A stretch of 64,000 nt of DNA, taken from Bacillales bacterium. Its GTDB lineage: Bacteria; Bacillota; Bacilli; Paenibacillales; CANHCR01. The stretch spans positions 26,053 to 90,052 of the forward strand of contig CANHCR010000004.1 in NCBI GenBank assembly GCA_947459205.1, given 5' to 3'. This document shows positions 1 through 8,520 of the stretch, in pieces; the stretch's first letter is position 1; every line of letters starts with the position of its first letter. The notes under the pieces were generated by a model, which was not told the origin of the DNA, did no database searches, and worked only from the letters and a program-made list of their open reading frames with translations. The position numbers and the translations under genes were made by a program.

Positions 1-324
1 TTCATTGGCTCATTATTGAACATTAAACCTATTTTGACGGTAGATGGGGAAGGTTTGGTTGCGCCTGTTGAGCGTGTGCGCGGGCAAAAAAATGCGCTTA
101 AGAAAATCCGCGATTTGTTTGCTGCTGATTTTGACGGACAAGCAGTCGATGTGACGGTATTGCATTCAAAAGCACTAGAGAGCGCACAACAATTGGCGGC
201 CGACATCAACTCGGAGTTTCAAACCTCTTCAGTTGAATACGCTTCAATCGGACCGGTGATCGGTACGCACGTCGGCCCTGGTGCGCTAGCAGTTGTCATG
301 TTCCCTGCAAGTGCGGTGCAATAA
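1..324 (+). CDS. DegV family fatty-acid-binding protein, 3' end only (5' part lies outside the window)
   Basis: The reading frame is open from base 1. The C-terminal sequence ...ILTVDGEG...VRGQKNALKKI...SIGPVIGTHVGPGALAV is typical of a DegV C-terminus. It sits directly upstream of recG. Confidence 0.7.
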   Translation, partial: FIGSLLNIKPILTVDGEGLVAPVERVRGQKNALKKIRDLFAADFDGQAVDVTVLHSKALESAQQLAADINSEFQTSSVEYASIGPVIGTHVGPGALAVVMFPASAVQ

Positions 325-330
325 TTCACA

Positions 331-2385
331 ATGATCGATCTTCATGCTATTTCGTTGCGTTCAATCAAAGGGGTAACGGCAAAGAAAGCGGAGCAGTTGG
401 AGATGCTCGGATTGGTTAGCGTGCGTGATTTGTTGTATCATTTTCCGTTTCGCTATGAGGACTTATCGGTAAAATCGCTGTTTTTTGCGGCTGACGGCGA
501 TCGCATTACCGTGCTTGCGAAAGTGGTTGCCAGCCCCGATGTGCGCTATCTAAAGGGTGGCAAAACAATGCTGCGGTGTCGCGTTGAAGTCGATGGTGCG
601 TTGATCAATGCAGTATGGTTCAACCGGGCTTATGTCAAAGACCATTTGCAGATTGGTCGTGAGTTTGTGATGACAGGCAAATGGGATGCGAAATATCGGC
701 AGATTAATGTCGCCGAACACTCGATGAGCGTCGCTGTCGGTTCGGTGGCAGATGGCGGATTGACACCAGTCTATTCGACGGTTGCCGGTTTGCAGCAGAA
801 ATGGTTGCGAGCATTAGCTGAAACTGTTGTTGAACAGTATGCTTCACAACTTCATGAAACATTGCCCGAATCGATTATCGAGAGGAACTCCTTTCCATCT
901 GCTCAAATAGCAATTGCGCAAGTCCATAAGCCAGATGACCGGCAAACGCTGGCAGAGGCACAGCAGCGTCTCATTTATGAAGAATTTTTCTTTTATCAAC
1001 TGCGCATGCAGGCGTTTCGCGCACTCAACAAGCGAAAGCGTGACGGGATTGCGCACGTATTCACCGGCGACTCGTTGCGCGCGCTGAAGGATAACTTGCC
1101 GTTCGCGCTGACGGCGGCACAAAATCGCGTGTTGCGCGAGATTATGACTGATTTGCGTCAGCCATTTGCAATGAATCGTTTGTTACAAGGAGATGTCGGC
1201 GCAGGCAAAACGATCGTCGCTGCCTTTGCGATGTATGCTGTAGTAGTGGCTGAGGCGCAATCTGTGCTGATGGTGCCGACCGAAATTTTAGCCGAGCAAC
1301 ATTTTCGTTCGCTCCGTACGTTGTTAGAACCGTACGGCATCGTTGTCGAGTTGTTGACTGGCAGTACGAGTGAGCGCAGTCGTCGCGGCATTCTTGACGG
1401 ATTACGGTTCGGGTTGATTCACATCGTCGTCGGCACACATGCACTGATCCAAGATGCAGTGCAATTTAAAAAGCTTGGGCTCATCGTCACCGATGAACAA
1501 CATCGATTTGGCGTCAACCAACGGGCGACTTTGCGCGGTAAGGGACTGAATCCGGACGTGCTCTCGATGACTGCGACGCCGATTCCGCGAACGCTAGCGA
1601 TCACTGCATTTGGCGACTTGGATGTATCAGTGCTCGATGAGTTGCCGAAGGGCAGAAAACCAATCATCACCAGTTGGCAAAAACCACAAAAATTCAACGA
1701 AGTGAAACAACAATTGCTTGCTGAATTGCATGCTGGCCGGCAGGCATACCTGATTTGTCCATTGATTGAGGAGTCCGACAAACTGGATGTGCAAAACGCG
1801 ATTGACATGTATGAAGCGCTTGCGGCAGGCTGGCCACAAGTTACGGTTGGTTTATTACATGGCAAGATGTCAAACACAGAGAAAGATGCCGTAATGCGCG
1901 AGTTCAAAGAGAACCGCGTGCAACTGTTGGTATCTACAACGGTCGTTGAAGTCGGTGTCGACGTGCCAAATGCCACTTTCATGGTCATTTACGATGCGGA
2001 TCGTTTCGGACTATCACAACTCCATCAGTTACGTGGTAGAGTGGGGCGTGGTTCGCATCAGTCGTATTGTGTACTCGTTGCCAACCCTACATCTGATTTT
2101 GGCGTGCAGCGAATGAACATCATGTGTGCTACGAATGACGGCTTTGAAATTGCCCGTAAAGATTTGGAACTGCGTGGCGCAGGCGATTTTTTTGGCACGA
2201 AGCAAAGCGGAGCGCCGGAGTTTCGAGTCGGCGACATGTTGCAAGATTTTGCCTTGCTTGAGCAAGCACGCAACGACGTCGCAGACTTGCTCGCAGACGA
2301 AACGTTTTGGACGTCGCATCATTATTTGCCACTGCGCGAATATTTGCAATCGCAACAGTTATTCGCTGGCATTCAGTTGGATTGA
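331..2385 (+). CDS. recG: ATP-dependent DNA helicase RecG
   Basis: 684 aa with an N-terminal wedge/OB region, Walker A GDVGAGKT, DEQHRFG, TATPIPRT and QLHQLRGRVGRG helicase motifs. Confidence 0.95.
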   Translation: MIDLHAISLRSIKGVTAKKAEQLEMLGLVSVRDLLYHFPFRYEDLSVKSLFFAADGDRITVLAKVVASPDVRYLKGGKTMLRCRVEVDGALINAVWFNRAYVKDHLQIGREFVMTGKWDAKYRQINVAEHSMSVAVGSVADGGLTPVYSTVAGLQQKWLRALAETVVEQYASQLHETLPESIIERNSFPSAQIAIAQVHKPDDRQTLAEAQQRLIYEEFFFYQLRMQAFRALNKRKRDGIAHVFTGDSLRALKDNLPFALTAAQNRVLREIMTDLRQPFAMNRLLQGDVGAGKTIVAAFAMYAVVVAEAQSVLMVPTEILAEQHFRSLRTLLEPYGIVVELLTGSTSERSRRGILDGLRFGLIHIVVGTHALIQDAVQFKKLGLIVTDEQHRFGVNQRATLRGKGLNPDVLSMTATPIPRTLAITAFGDLDVSVLDELPKGRKPIITSWQKPQKFNEVKQQLLAELHAGRQAYLICPLIEESDKLDVQNAIDMYEALAAGWPQVTVGLLHGKMSNTEKDAVMREFKENRVQLLVSTTVVEVGVDVPNATFMVIYDADRFGLSQLHQLRGRVGRGSHQSYCVLVANPTSDFGVQRMNIMCATNDGFEIARKDLELRGAGDFFGTKQSGAPEFRVGDMLQDFALLEQARNDVADLLADETFWTSHHYLPLREYLQSQQLFAGIQLD

Positions 2386-2394
2386 CGTGTATAC

Positions 2395-2437
2395 CAAAAA
2401 ACACCTTGCGCATACGATGATGCGGAGGTGTTTTTTG
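2395..2437. terminator. Bidirectional rho-independent terminator after recG
   Basis: Hairpin AACACCT..GCAT / ATGC..AGGTGTT (about 2400-2432), flanked by an A-run upstream and TTTTTT downstream. It can therefore terminate both recG (+) and the convergent HAD gene (-). Confidence 0.6.
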
Positions 2438-2713
2438 ATGGAAACCGTCGACCCGGCGCTCATCCGCCGCATCAAACTGAAAATGCAACAACCAGCACGC
2501 AAACAACAAGTCAAATCGTTATTGCTGAACCTGACTCGTGCCGACCTGCAAAGTCATGTGAAAGTGAAACAGACAATCGCGGCGCTCTCTCACATATTAG
2601 CGGAACCAATCAAACCCGCAGAAGCCGAGAAACTGGCACAATGGATCATCGCCAAACGCATCAATCCAGCCAATAAGCTACAATTATTGCGTCTTTGGAG
2701 TCTGTTTGCCTGA
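2438..2713 (+). CDS. Small hypothetical protein (91 aa), possibly SpoVIF-like; coding status uncertain
   Basis: The ATG at 2438 follows GGAGGTG, but that SD lies in the 3' arm of the recG terminator. The ORF overlaps the convergent HAD gene by 30 nt. The pattern ...VKQTIAALSHILAEPIKPAEAEKLAQWI... loosely recalls stage VI sporulation protein F. Confidence 0.35.
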   Translation: METVDPALIRRIKLKMQQPARKQQVKSLLLNLTRADLQSHVKVKQTIAALSHILAEPIKPAEAEKLAQWIIAKRINPANKLQLLRLWSLFA

Positions 2714-3445
2714 AATGTGTGCCTGAATGGTCGGTAATACTTCTTTTAATCCGCTCAGTTTGAAAAATGCGCGCGGGGGTTCGATGTCAATCTCCACCAG
2801 GTTATATTCCCATTCCACCTCGGCAGGAATGAAGATGGCATGAATCCCCGTTTCAAAAGCCGGCAAGATGTCTGTTCGCAATGAATTGCCGATCATCCAC
2901 GTATGCTCGCGGTCAAAGTTGTACTCAGTGAGTACAGACTCGAGGAACTCGGTCACTTTTCGGCGTGCGACATAGATGCGCTCGTCGAAAAACGACTGCA
3001 GTCCCATTTTCTCAATTTTGCGATATTGAATCTCATGCTCTCCGCCCGTATACAAATGCAGCGTGTGACCGGCTTCTTTCAGTTCGATGAGTGTATCGAG
3101 CATGTTTGGGTACGCCTCGAAATCCTGGTGGTAAACGCTGTCCCCAAGTTCCCACAGATGTAAAATTTCTTGTCGAACAGGGGTGCGACTAAATTTTTTC
3201 GAAAAATGATGATACGTCTTAATAAACGATTGCGGAAAATGGTCGCGCTGGAAGCCGCTTTCTTTGACCGCCTTCAAATCATAATGGTGTTGCACGGCGC
3301 GCACTTCGTCATAGAGTACGACATGCGGCATAAACCAGTGCGATACGAGGTTGGCAAACTGGTGCATCGTCTTCTCGAAATATTTGTTGCAATGAATCAG
3401 CGTATCGTCTAAATCGAATATGATTTGTTGTGGCATCATCGTCAT
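2684..3445 (-). CDS. HAD-superfamily hydrolase
   Basis: DxDxT nucleophile motif (IIFDLDDTLIH) right after the start. SD AAGGGTGA precedes the MTMM start cluster. The longer 274-aa ORF start has no SD. Confidence 0.8.
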   Translation of the reverse strand: MTMMPQQIIFDLDDTLIHCNKYFEKTMHQFANLVSHWFMPHVVLYDEVRAVQHHYDLKAVKESGFQRDHFPQSFIKTYHHFSKKFSRTPVRQEILHLWELGDSVYHQDFEAYPNMLDTLIELKEAGHTLHLYTGGEHEIQYRKIEKMGLQSFFDERIYVARRKVTEFLESVLTEYNFDREHTWMIGNSLRTDILPAFETGIHAIFIPAEVEWEYNLVEIDIEPPRAFFKLSGLKEVLPTIQAHISGKQTPKTQ

Positions 3446-3614
3446 CACCCTTTGCAATGATTGTACCATATATATCGTACGCTTTTTGAAAAATTTATGA
3501 ACAAACAATATGCTGCGGTGAAAATTATAAATTTGTATATATCAAAAAATTTACATCGCTTTTAAAATACGCATAATGTTTATTGTAACCATTTTATGAA
3601 AGGAGATGCATTCG

Positions 3615-3839
3615 ATGATCACTCCATTCAACTTAGATACTCAAAAATGGCAATTAATTTGCCAAGATGCAGACTGGATTGCTGCGCATTATCCGCTATA
3701 CGGTAAATATCAACTCAGAAAATCGGATGAAGTATTGGAGACGGCACTTTATATCGGACTCGATGCGATGAAGGACGAAATCGTTCAACATCAAACATTA
3801 GAGTGGATTGTCCGCGAGAAAAACAGCCGATTCATGTAA
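3615..3839 (+). CDS. Hypothetical small protein (74 aa)
   Basis: AAAGGAG SD ends at 3605. The ATG at 3615 has better spacing than the ATG at 3606. A hairpin terminator follows. No recognisable motifs. Confidence 0.5.
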   Translation: MITPFNLDTQKWQLICQDADWIAAHYPLYGKYQLRKSDEVLETALYIGLDAMKDEIVQHQTLEWIVREKNSRFM

Positions 3840-3856
3840 TTTCAAATTTGATTCAA

Positions 3857-3898
3857 AACCGCAATGTCCGGCCAAAAGCCAAAACATGCGGTTTTTTT
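3857..3898 (+). terminator. Rho-independent terminator
   Basis: AACCGCAATGT ... ACATGCGGTT hairpin followed by TTTTTTT. Confidence 0.5.
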
Positions 3899-3987
3899 CG
3901 TTAGAATTGGACAACATTTATTGTCATTGAAATTTATATTGTTATATACTTAAGGTTATAGATATTAATGGCGGGAGCGTATGCAGA

Positions 3988-5955
3988 ATGGCTGTACAAA
4001 AAGATATCAATTATGCGATTTCGTTCGGTGATCCGCGCATCGTTAACGGTTTGTCCGTTCACTCCAAGGCATTTGACGATACGTACTTCTATGACGGCGA
4101 TGATTTGGGCTGCGATTATACGGCGAATCGCGCGTTTTTTCGCTTATGGGCGCCAACAGCAAGCCAGGCTACGTTACTTATTTATGATACGTGGGACGGT
4201 GCGTCAGTCGTCGAAGTGGCGATGAAACGCGGTGAGAAGGGCACATGGACGGCGATTCTCTATCGTGATTTGAAAGGCTACTTTTATACCTATAAAGTGC
4301 AAATTGCTGAGCAATGGCATGAGGCGGTTGACCCGTATGCAAGAGCGGTTGGGGTAAACGGTGATCGTGGTGCCATTATTGACATGAGCGAGACGAATCC
4401 GCAAGGTTGGAATGACGAACGAGTGCCGTTTTCAGCGCCAGTTGATGCTGTCATTTACGAGGTGCACGTGCGTGATTTGACGGCTCATTCATATAGCGGC
4501 GCCGAACATCGCGGTAAGTTTCTCGGGGCGGCGGAGATGGGCACGCGCGGACCGAATTTGGTGCGAACGGGTCTGGAGCATATCAAAGAGCTTGGCATTA
4601 CGCATATTCAATTTCTGCCGATTTATGACTATAGTACGGACAGCGTTGATGAGACGAACCCTGATGCGAGTTACAATTGGGGTTACGATCCGAAAAACTA
4701 TAATGCGCCGGAAGGTTCTTATGCGACCGATCCATACACGCCGGCAACGAGAATTAAAGAACTGAAAACGCTCATTCAGACGATTCATGAGCAAGAAATG
4801 CGCGTCATTATGGACGTCGTCTACAACCATGTTTACGATGCGTATCGTCACAGTTTCATGAAATTGGTGCCAGGCTACTATTATCGCTACCGTCAAGACG
4901 GCAGTTTGTCTAACGGTTCTGGTTGCGGTAATGATGTCGCATCGGAGCGAAAAATGGTGCGTAAATTTATCGTTGAGTCGGTCGTCTATTGGGCGAGTGA
5001 ATACAAATTGGATGGCTTCCGTTTTGACCTGATGGGATTGCATGATATTGAGACAATGAATGAAATTCGCACTCGACTTGATGAGATTGATCCGTCGATC
5101 ATTATGCTCGGTGAAGGTTGGGACATTCCGACGGAATTGGATGGTCGCTATAAGGCGACGCAACATAATGCTTGGCAAATGCCGCGCATTGCACATTTCA
5201 ATGATGGCCTTCGCGATACGCTCAAAGGCAGTACGTTCAACTTGCGCGAACCAGGTTTCGCGAGCGGTCGCAGTGGTTTGGAGCACGATGTGAAGCGTGG
5301 CATCGTCGCTGGCGTGCAGTATCAGGAGCATTTGCGCTCGTACGCGCATGAACCGGACCAGTGCGTCAATTATGTCGAAGCACACGATAACCACACGCTG
5401 TGGGACAAATTATCGTTGACAAGCGCTCATTTGGACGAGATGACGCGTCGCAAAATCCATATGCTTTGTTCTGCGATTGTGTTGACATCGCAAGGTATAC
5501 CGTTTCTTCATGCAGGGCAAGAGTTCATGCGTACGAAGCATGGCGATGAGAACAGTTACAAATCGCCGACTCATATCAATCAAATGGACTGGCAACGATG
5601 CGCCCAATTTTCGCGTGAAGTCAATTTCATTCGCAGACTGATTCAGCTTCGAAAAAATCATGCCGCTTTCCGTATGCGAAAGGCATCGCTTATTCGCGAA
5701 CATCTAGTGTTTGAACAAGCGCCAGCAAACAGTGTAGCATTTACATTGCGCAACCATGCCAACGGCGATGTGGCGAAAGATTTGTACGTTTTGCATAACG
5801 CAAACTGGCATCCAATTGAGGTGCAATTGCCGCATTTTGGCTTGTGGCGGATTGAATTCGGTGAAGAATTTATTGAGCAAGACGATTTGATTTTGCATGG
5901 CACGCTTAAGGTTTTGCCATATGGGTCAATCGTATTGCTGAACCGCGGCGATTAA
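3988..5955 (+). CDS. amyX: Type I pullulanase (GH13 debranching enzyme)
   Basis: 655 aa with the YNWGYDP signature of type I pullulanases and GH13 regions (DVVYNH, GFRFDLMG, GEGWD, YVEAHDN). No signal peptide, so likely cytoplasmic like B. subtilis AmyX. Confidence 0.9.
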   Translation: MAVQKDINYAISFGDPRIVNGLSVHSKAFDDTYFYDGDDLGCDYTANRAFFRLWAPTASQATLLIYDTWDGASVVEVAMKRGEKGTWTAILYRDLKGYFYTYKVQIAEQWHEAVDPYARAVGVNGDRGAIIDMSETNPQGWNDERVPFSAPVDAVIYEVHVRDLTAHSYSGAEHRGKFLGAAEMGTRGPNLVRTGLEHIKELGITHIQFLPIYDYSTDSVDETNPDASYNWGYDPKNYNAPEGSYATDPYTPATRIKELKTLIQTIHEQEMRVIMDVVYNHVYDAYRHSFMKLVPGYYYRYRQDGSLSNGSGCGNDVASERKMVRKFIVESVVYWASEYKLDGFRFDLMGLHDIETMNEIRTRLDEIDPSIIMLGEGWDIPTELDGRYKATQHNAWQMPRIAHFNDGLRDTLKGSTFNLREPGFASGRSGLEHDVKRGIVAGVQYQEHLRSYAHEPDQCVNYVEAHDNHTLWDKLSLTSAHLDEMTRRKIHMLCSAIVLTSQGIPFLHAGQEFMRTKHGDENSYKSPTHINQMDWQRCAQFSREVNFIRRLIQLRKNHAAFRMRKASLIREHLVFEQAPANSVAFTLRNHANGDVAKDLYVLHNANWHPIEVQLPHFGLWRIEFGEEFIEQDDLILHGTLKVLPYGSIVLLNRGD

Positions 5956-5973
5956 GATTTGGGAGGGTTGCAG

Positions 5974-6678
5974 ATGTCCGAGTTGAAGCAGCAGCACATT
6001 CTAATTATCGAAGACGAACAGACGATTGCTACGCTCATTTCATACAATTTGAAAAAAGAAGGGTATCTCACGACGATTTTGACCGATGGTTCACAGGCGC
6101 TACAAGAGTTGCAACGCGGCGATTACGATATGATGTTGCTCGACGTGATGCTTCCAGGCAGTGACGGCTTTCAAATCTTGGCGAGCGTGCGTCGGATGGG
6201 CATGAAATTGCCAATAATCATGGTGACAGCGCGCAATTCGGAAGAGGAGATTGTGCAGGGACTGATGAATGGTGCTGACGATTATATGATCAAGCCGTTT
6301 GGTGTCGGCGAATTATTGGCTCGTATTTCCGCAGTGTTGCGTCGATCGCCTGAACTGAATATCCAAACGCAGCAAGTCAAACAACTTAACATCGGGACGT
6401 TAACCGTCTTTCCAGAAAAGTATGAAGTGTATTATAAAACGGAACTGATTCCGCTAAGGCCAAAAGAGTTTCAAATTCTGTTATGCCTTTACGAACAACC
6501 GGGGCGTATCTTCTCGCGCGATGACTTGATGAATCGCGTGTGGGGCTACGACTATTTCGGCGATCAGCGGACCGTTGATGTCCATGTCAGTTCGCTTCGC
6601 AAAAAGATCGAGCAGGCGGGCGAGAGCGTCAAAATCGAAGCGATTCGCGGTGTTGGGTATAAGTTGATTATGGCTTAA
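5974..6678 (+). CDS. OmpR/PhoB-family response regulator (orphan)
   Basis: GGGAGGG SD 6 nt before the ATG at 5974. The receiver has the conserved LLDVMLP Asp, T (MVTAR) and K (KPF). C-terminal winged-helix (RPKEFQIL...VDVHVSSLRKKI...RGVGYKL). No kinase gene is adjacent. Confidence 0.9.
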   Translation: MSELKQQHILIIEDEQTIATLISYNLKKEGYLTTILTDGSQALQELQRGDYDMMLLDVMLPGSDGFQILASVRRMGMKLPIIMVTARNSEEEIVQGLMNGADDYMIKPFGVGELLARISAVLRRSPELNIQTQQVKQLNIGTLTVFPEKYEVYYKTELIPLRPKEFQILLCLYEQPGRIFSRDDLMNRVWGYDYFGDQRTVDVHVSSLRKKIEQAGESVKIEAIRGVGYKLIMA

Positions 6679-6683
6679 GAAAC

Positions 6684-6712
6684 TTGACAAATGTAATGAA
6701 CACATTTATTAT
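6684..6712 (+). promoter_or_regulatory. Sigma-A-type promoter for cysTWA
   Basis: TTGACA (6684-6689), 17-nt spacer, TATTAT (6707-6712). Confidence 0.55.
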
Positions 6713-6716
6713 AAAC

Positions 6717-6743
6717 TAAAACCAACTAATATTGTCGGAATTA
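6717..6743 (+). promoter_or_regulatory. CymR-like operator just downstream of the cysT promoter
   Basis: TAAAACCAACTAATATTGTCGGAATTA compared with the B. subtilis CymR motif as I recall it (TAAWNCN2ANTWNAN3ATMGGAATTW): 2 mismatches. Confidence 0.5.
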
Positions 6744-6780
6744 ATGGTATTTAAATATTGCTCGAAGGAAGGTAACTACA

Positions 6781-7608
6781 TTGTTTTTCTTTGGTAAACG
6801 TAATGTTTTGCCCGGTTTTCGAAGAACGTTCGGCTTTACAGTTTTATATTTAAGTCTGATTGTATTGATCCCGCTTTCTGGTGTTGTATGGAACACTTTA
6901 GGAATGTCATGGCTAGATTTTTGGGAAACAGTAACAAGTGACCGTGTCATTGCCTCGTTTAAGGTGAGTTTCTTGTGTGCACTCGTTGCCGCCTTCTTGA
7001 ACTTAGTTTTTGGTTTTATCGTAGCGTGGGCATTGGAACGTTATTCATTTTGGGGCAAACGTTTTTTCGATAATTTGATTGATTTGCCATTCGCTTTACC
7101 GACAGCTGTTGCAGGGATTGCACTTACCGCACTGTATGCACCGAACGGATGGATCGGGCGATTCTTTGAACCATTCGACATTCAAATAGCTTACACGCAA
7201 ATCGGGATTACGATTGCATTAATGTTTATCGGCTTACCTTTTGTCGTGCGTACGGTTCAGCCGATTATTCAAGAATTAGACAAAGAAGTCGAAGAGGCAG
7301 CCGTGATTCTTGGCGCTTCCCGTCTGCGCACTTTTTTTCGCGTCATTTTCCCACAATTAATACCAGCTCTATTGACTGGATTTGCACTCGCTTTTGCACG
7401 CGGAGTTGGGGAATATGGATCAGTAGTATTTATCTCTGGAAACATGCCGTTTAAAACGGAAATCGCACCGCTTCTGATTATGACAAAATTGGAGCAATAT
7501 GATTATGCAGGCGCGACGGCCATTGCGCTGGTGATGCTAATTATTTCATTTGCAATCTTATTGTTAATCAATATTATTCAAGCAAAGTCAAACAAAACAT
7601 CGCTATAA
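6781..7608 (+). CDS. cysT: Sulfate/thiosulfate ABC transporter permease CysT
   Basis: TTG start after GAAGGAAGG. Multi-TM permease with an EAA-like loop (EEAAVILGASRLRTFFRVIFP). First gene of a T-W-A order. Confidence 0.9.
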   Translation: MFFFGKRNVLPGFRRTFGFTVLYLSLIVLIPLSGVVWNTLGMSWLDFWETVTSDRVIASFKVSFLCALVAAFLNLVFGFIVAWALERYSFWGKRFFDNLIDLPFALPTAVAGIALTALYAPNGWIGRFFEPFDIQIAYTQIGITIALMFIGLPFVVRTVQPIIQELDKEVEEAAVILGASRLRTFFRVIFPQLIPALLTGFALAFARGVGEYGSVVFISGNMPFKTEIAPLLIMTKLEQYDYAGATAIALVMLIISFAILLLINIIQAKSNKTSL

Positions 7609-7623
7609 GGAAGAGGTTGAATT

Positions 7624-8520
7624 ATGGCAGGGATTGTCACAAAAAAAGCGGGTTCGGGTGGAGACTTGCGACCGCCACATATAAGTGAACCGAAAATTGT
7701 GAAATGGATTTTAATTGCGATATCTATCATTTTTCTATGTTCGATTGTGTTACTGCCCTTAATCATTGTGCTTTTCGAATCATTAAAAAATGGAATCGGA
7801 TTGTACCTAGAATCGATTGTTGAACCTGATGCGATGTCCGCATTATTGCTGACGATTACAGTCGCTGTAATCACCGTTCCCTTAAATTCGTTTTTCGGGA
7901 TTTGTGCTGCTTGGGCTATCACGAAATTTCAGTTCAGAGGAAAAAACTTCCTCATCTCACTGATTGATGTACCGTTTGCTGTATCACCTGTTATATCCGG
8001 TCTTATTTTTATTCTATTGCTTGGAACTAACAGTGCACTTGGCGCGTGGTTTGAAAGTTATAATATCCAAATCATTTTCGCTTTACCGGGTATCGTGTTG
8101 GCGACGATGTTCGTTACGTTTCCGTTTATTGCACGCGAATTGATTCCGCTTATGCAAGCACAGGGAATTCAGGAAGAGGAAGCTGCCGCATCTTTGGGTG
8201 CATCGGGCTGGAAAATTTTTTGGCGCGTCACATTCCCGAATATCAAATGGGGGCTTTTGTACGGAATGATTCTTTGTAATGCACGAGCAATCGGTGAATT
8301 CGGAGCCGTTTCTGTTGTGTCCGGACATATTCGTGGTGAGACGAACACTCTTCCGTTACATGTTGAAATTTTGTACAATGAGTATCAATTTACGGCAGCC
8401 TTCGCCGTATCATCGTTGCTTGTCTTTATCGCATTGTTAACGATCATTGTTAAAAGTTTTATCGAGTGGAAAACTCATCAACAACAATCACAGATGCAAG
8501 AGGTGGATCATCATGGCTAA
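7624..8520 (+). CDS. cysW: Sulfate/thiosulfate ABC transporter permease CysW
   Basis: Paralogous permease (EEAAASLGASGWKIFWRVTFP), 15 nt after the cysT stop, with SD GGAAGAGG. Confidence 0.9.
   Translation: MAGIVTKKAGSGGDLRPPHISEPKIVKWILIAISIIFLCSIVLLPLIIVLFESLKNGIGLYLESIVEPDAMSALLLTITVAVITVPLNSFFGICAAWAITKFQFRGKNFLISLIDVPFAVSPVISGLIFILLLGTNSALGAWFESYNIQIIFALPGIVLATMFVTFPFIARELIPLMQAQGIQEEEAAASLGASGWKIFWRVTFPNIKWGLLYGMILCNARAIGEFGAVSVVSGHIRGETNTLPLHVEILYNEYQFTAAFAVSSLLVFIALLTIIVKSFIEWKTHQQQSQMQEVDHHG

Noticed and set aside
2126-2437. 5' extension of the small ORF (195-aa version) overlapping the end of recG.
   Set aside because: The extension overlaps recG in another frame, runs through the recG terminator and has odd Cys/Arg-rich composition. 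Only the part after the ATG at 2438 is even a candidate.
4489-5394. 301-aa ORF antisense to the pullulanase gene. Similar long antisense ORFs occur at 1419-1988 (in recG), 48408-49250 (across dapA/asd) and 60073-60588 (in infB).
   Set aside because: Each lies wholly inside a gene with strong motif support on the other strand. They have no SD and skewed, low-complexity composition (Arg/Ile/Phe-rich). Long shadow ORFs opposite real genes are common. Nothing suggests overlapping coding.
6679-6780. A possible S-box (SAM) riboswitch or T-box leader in front of the sulfate transporter operon.
   Set aside because: The spacer is only about 100 nt and AT-rich. It lacks the conserved S-box helices and kink-turn or a T-box sequence and terminator/antiterminator pair. 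A promoter plus a CymR-like operator explains it better.
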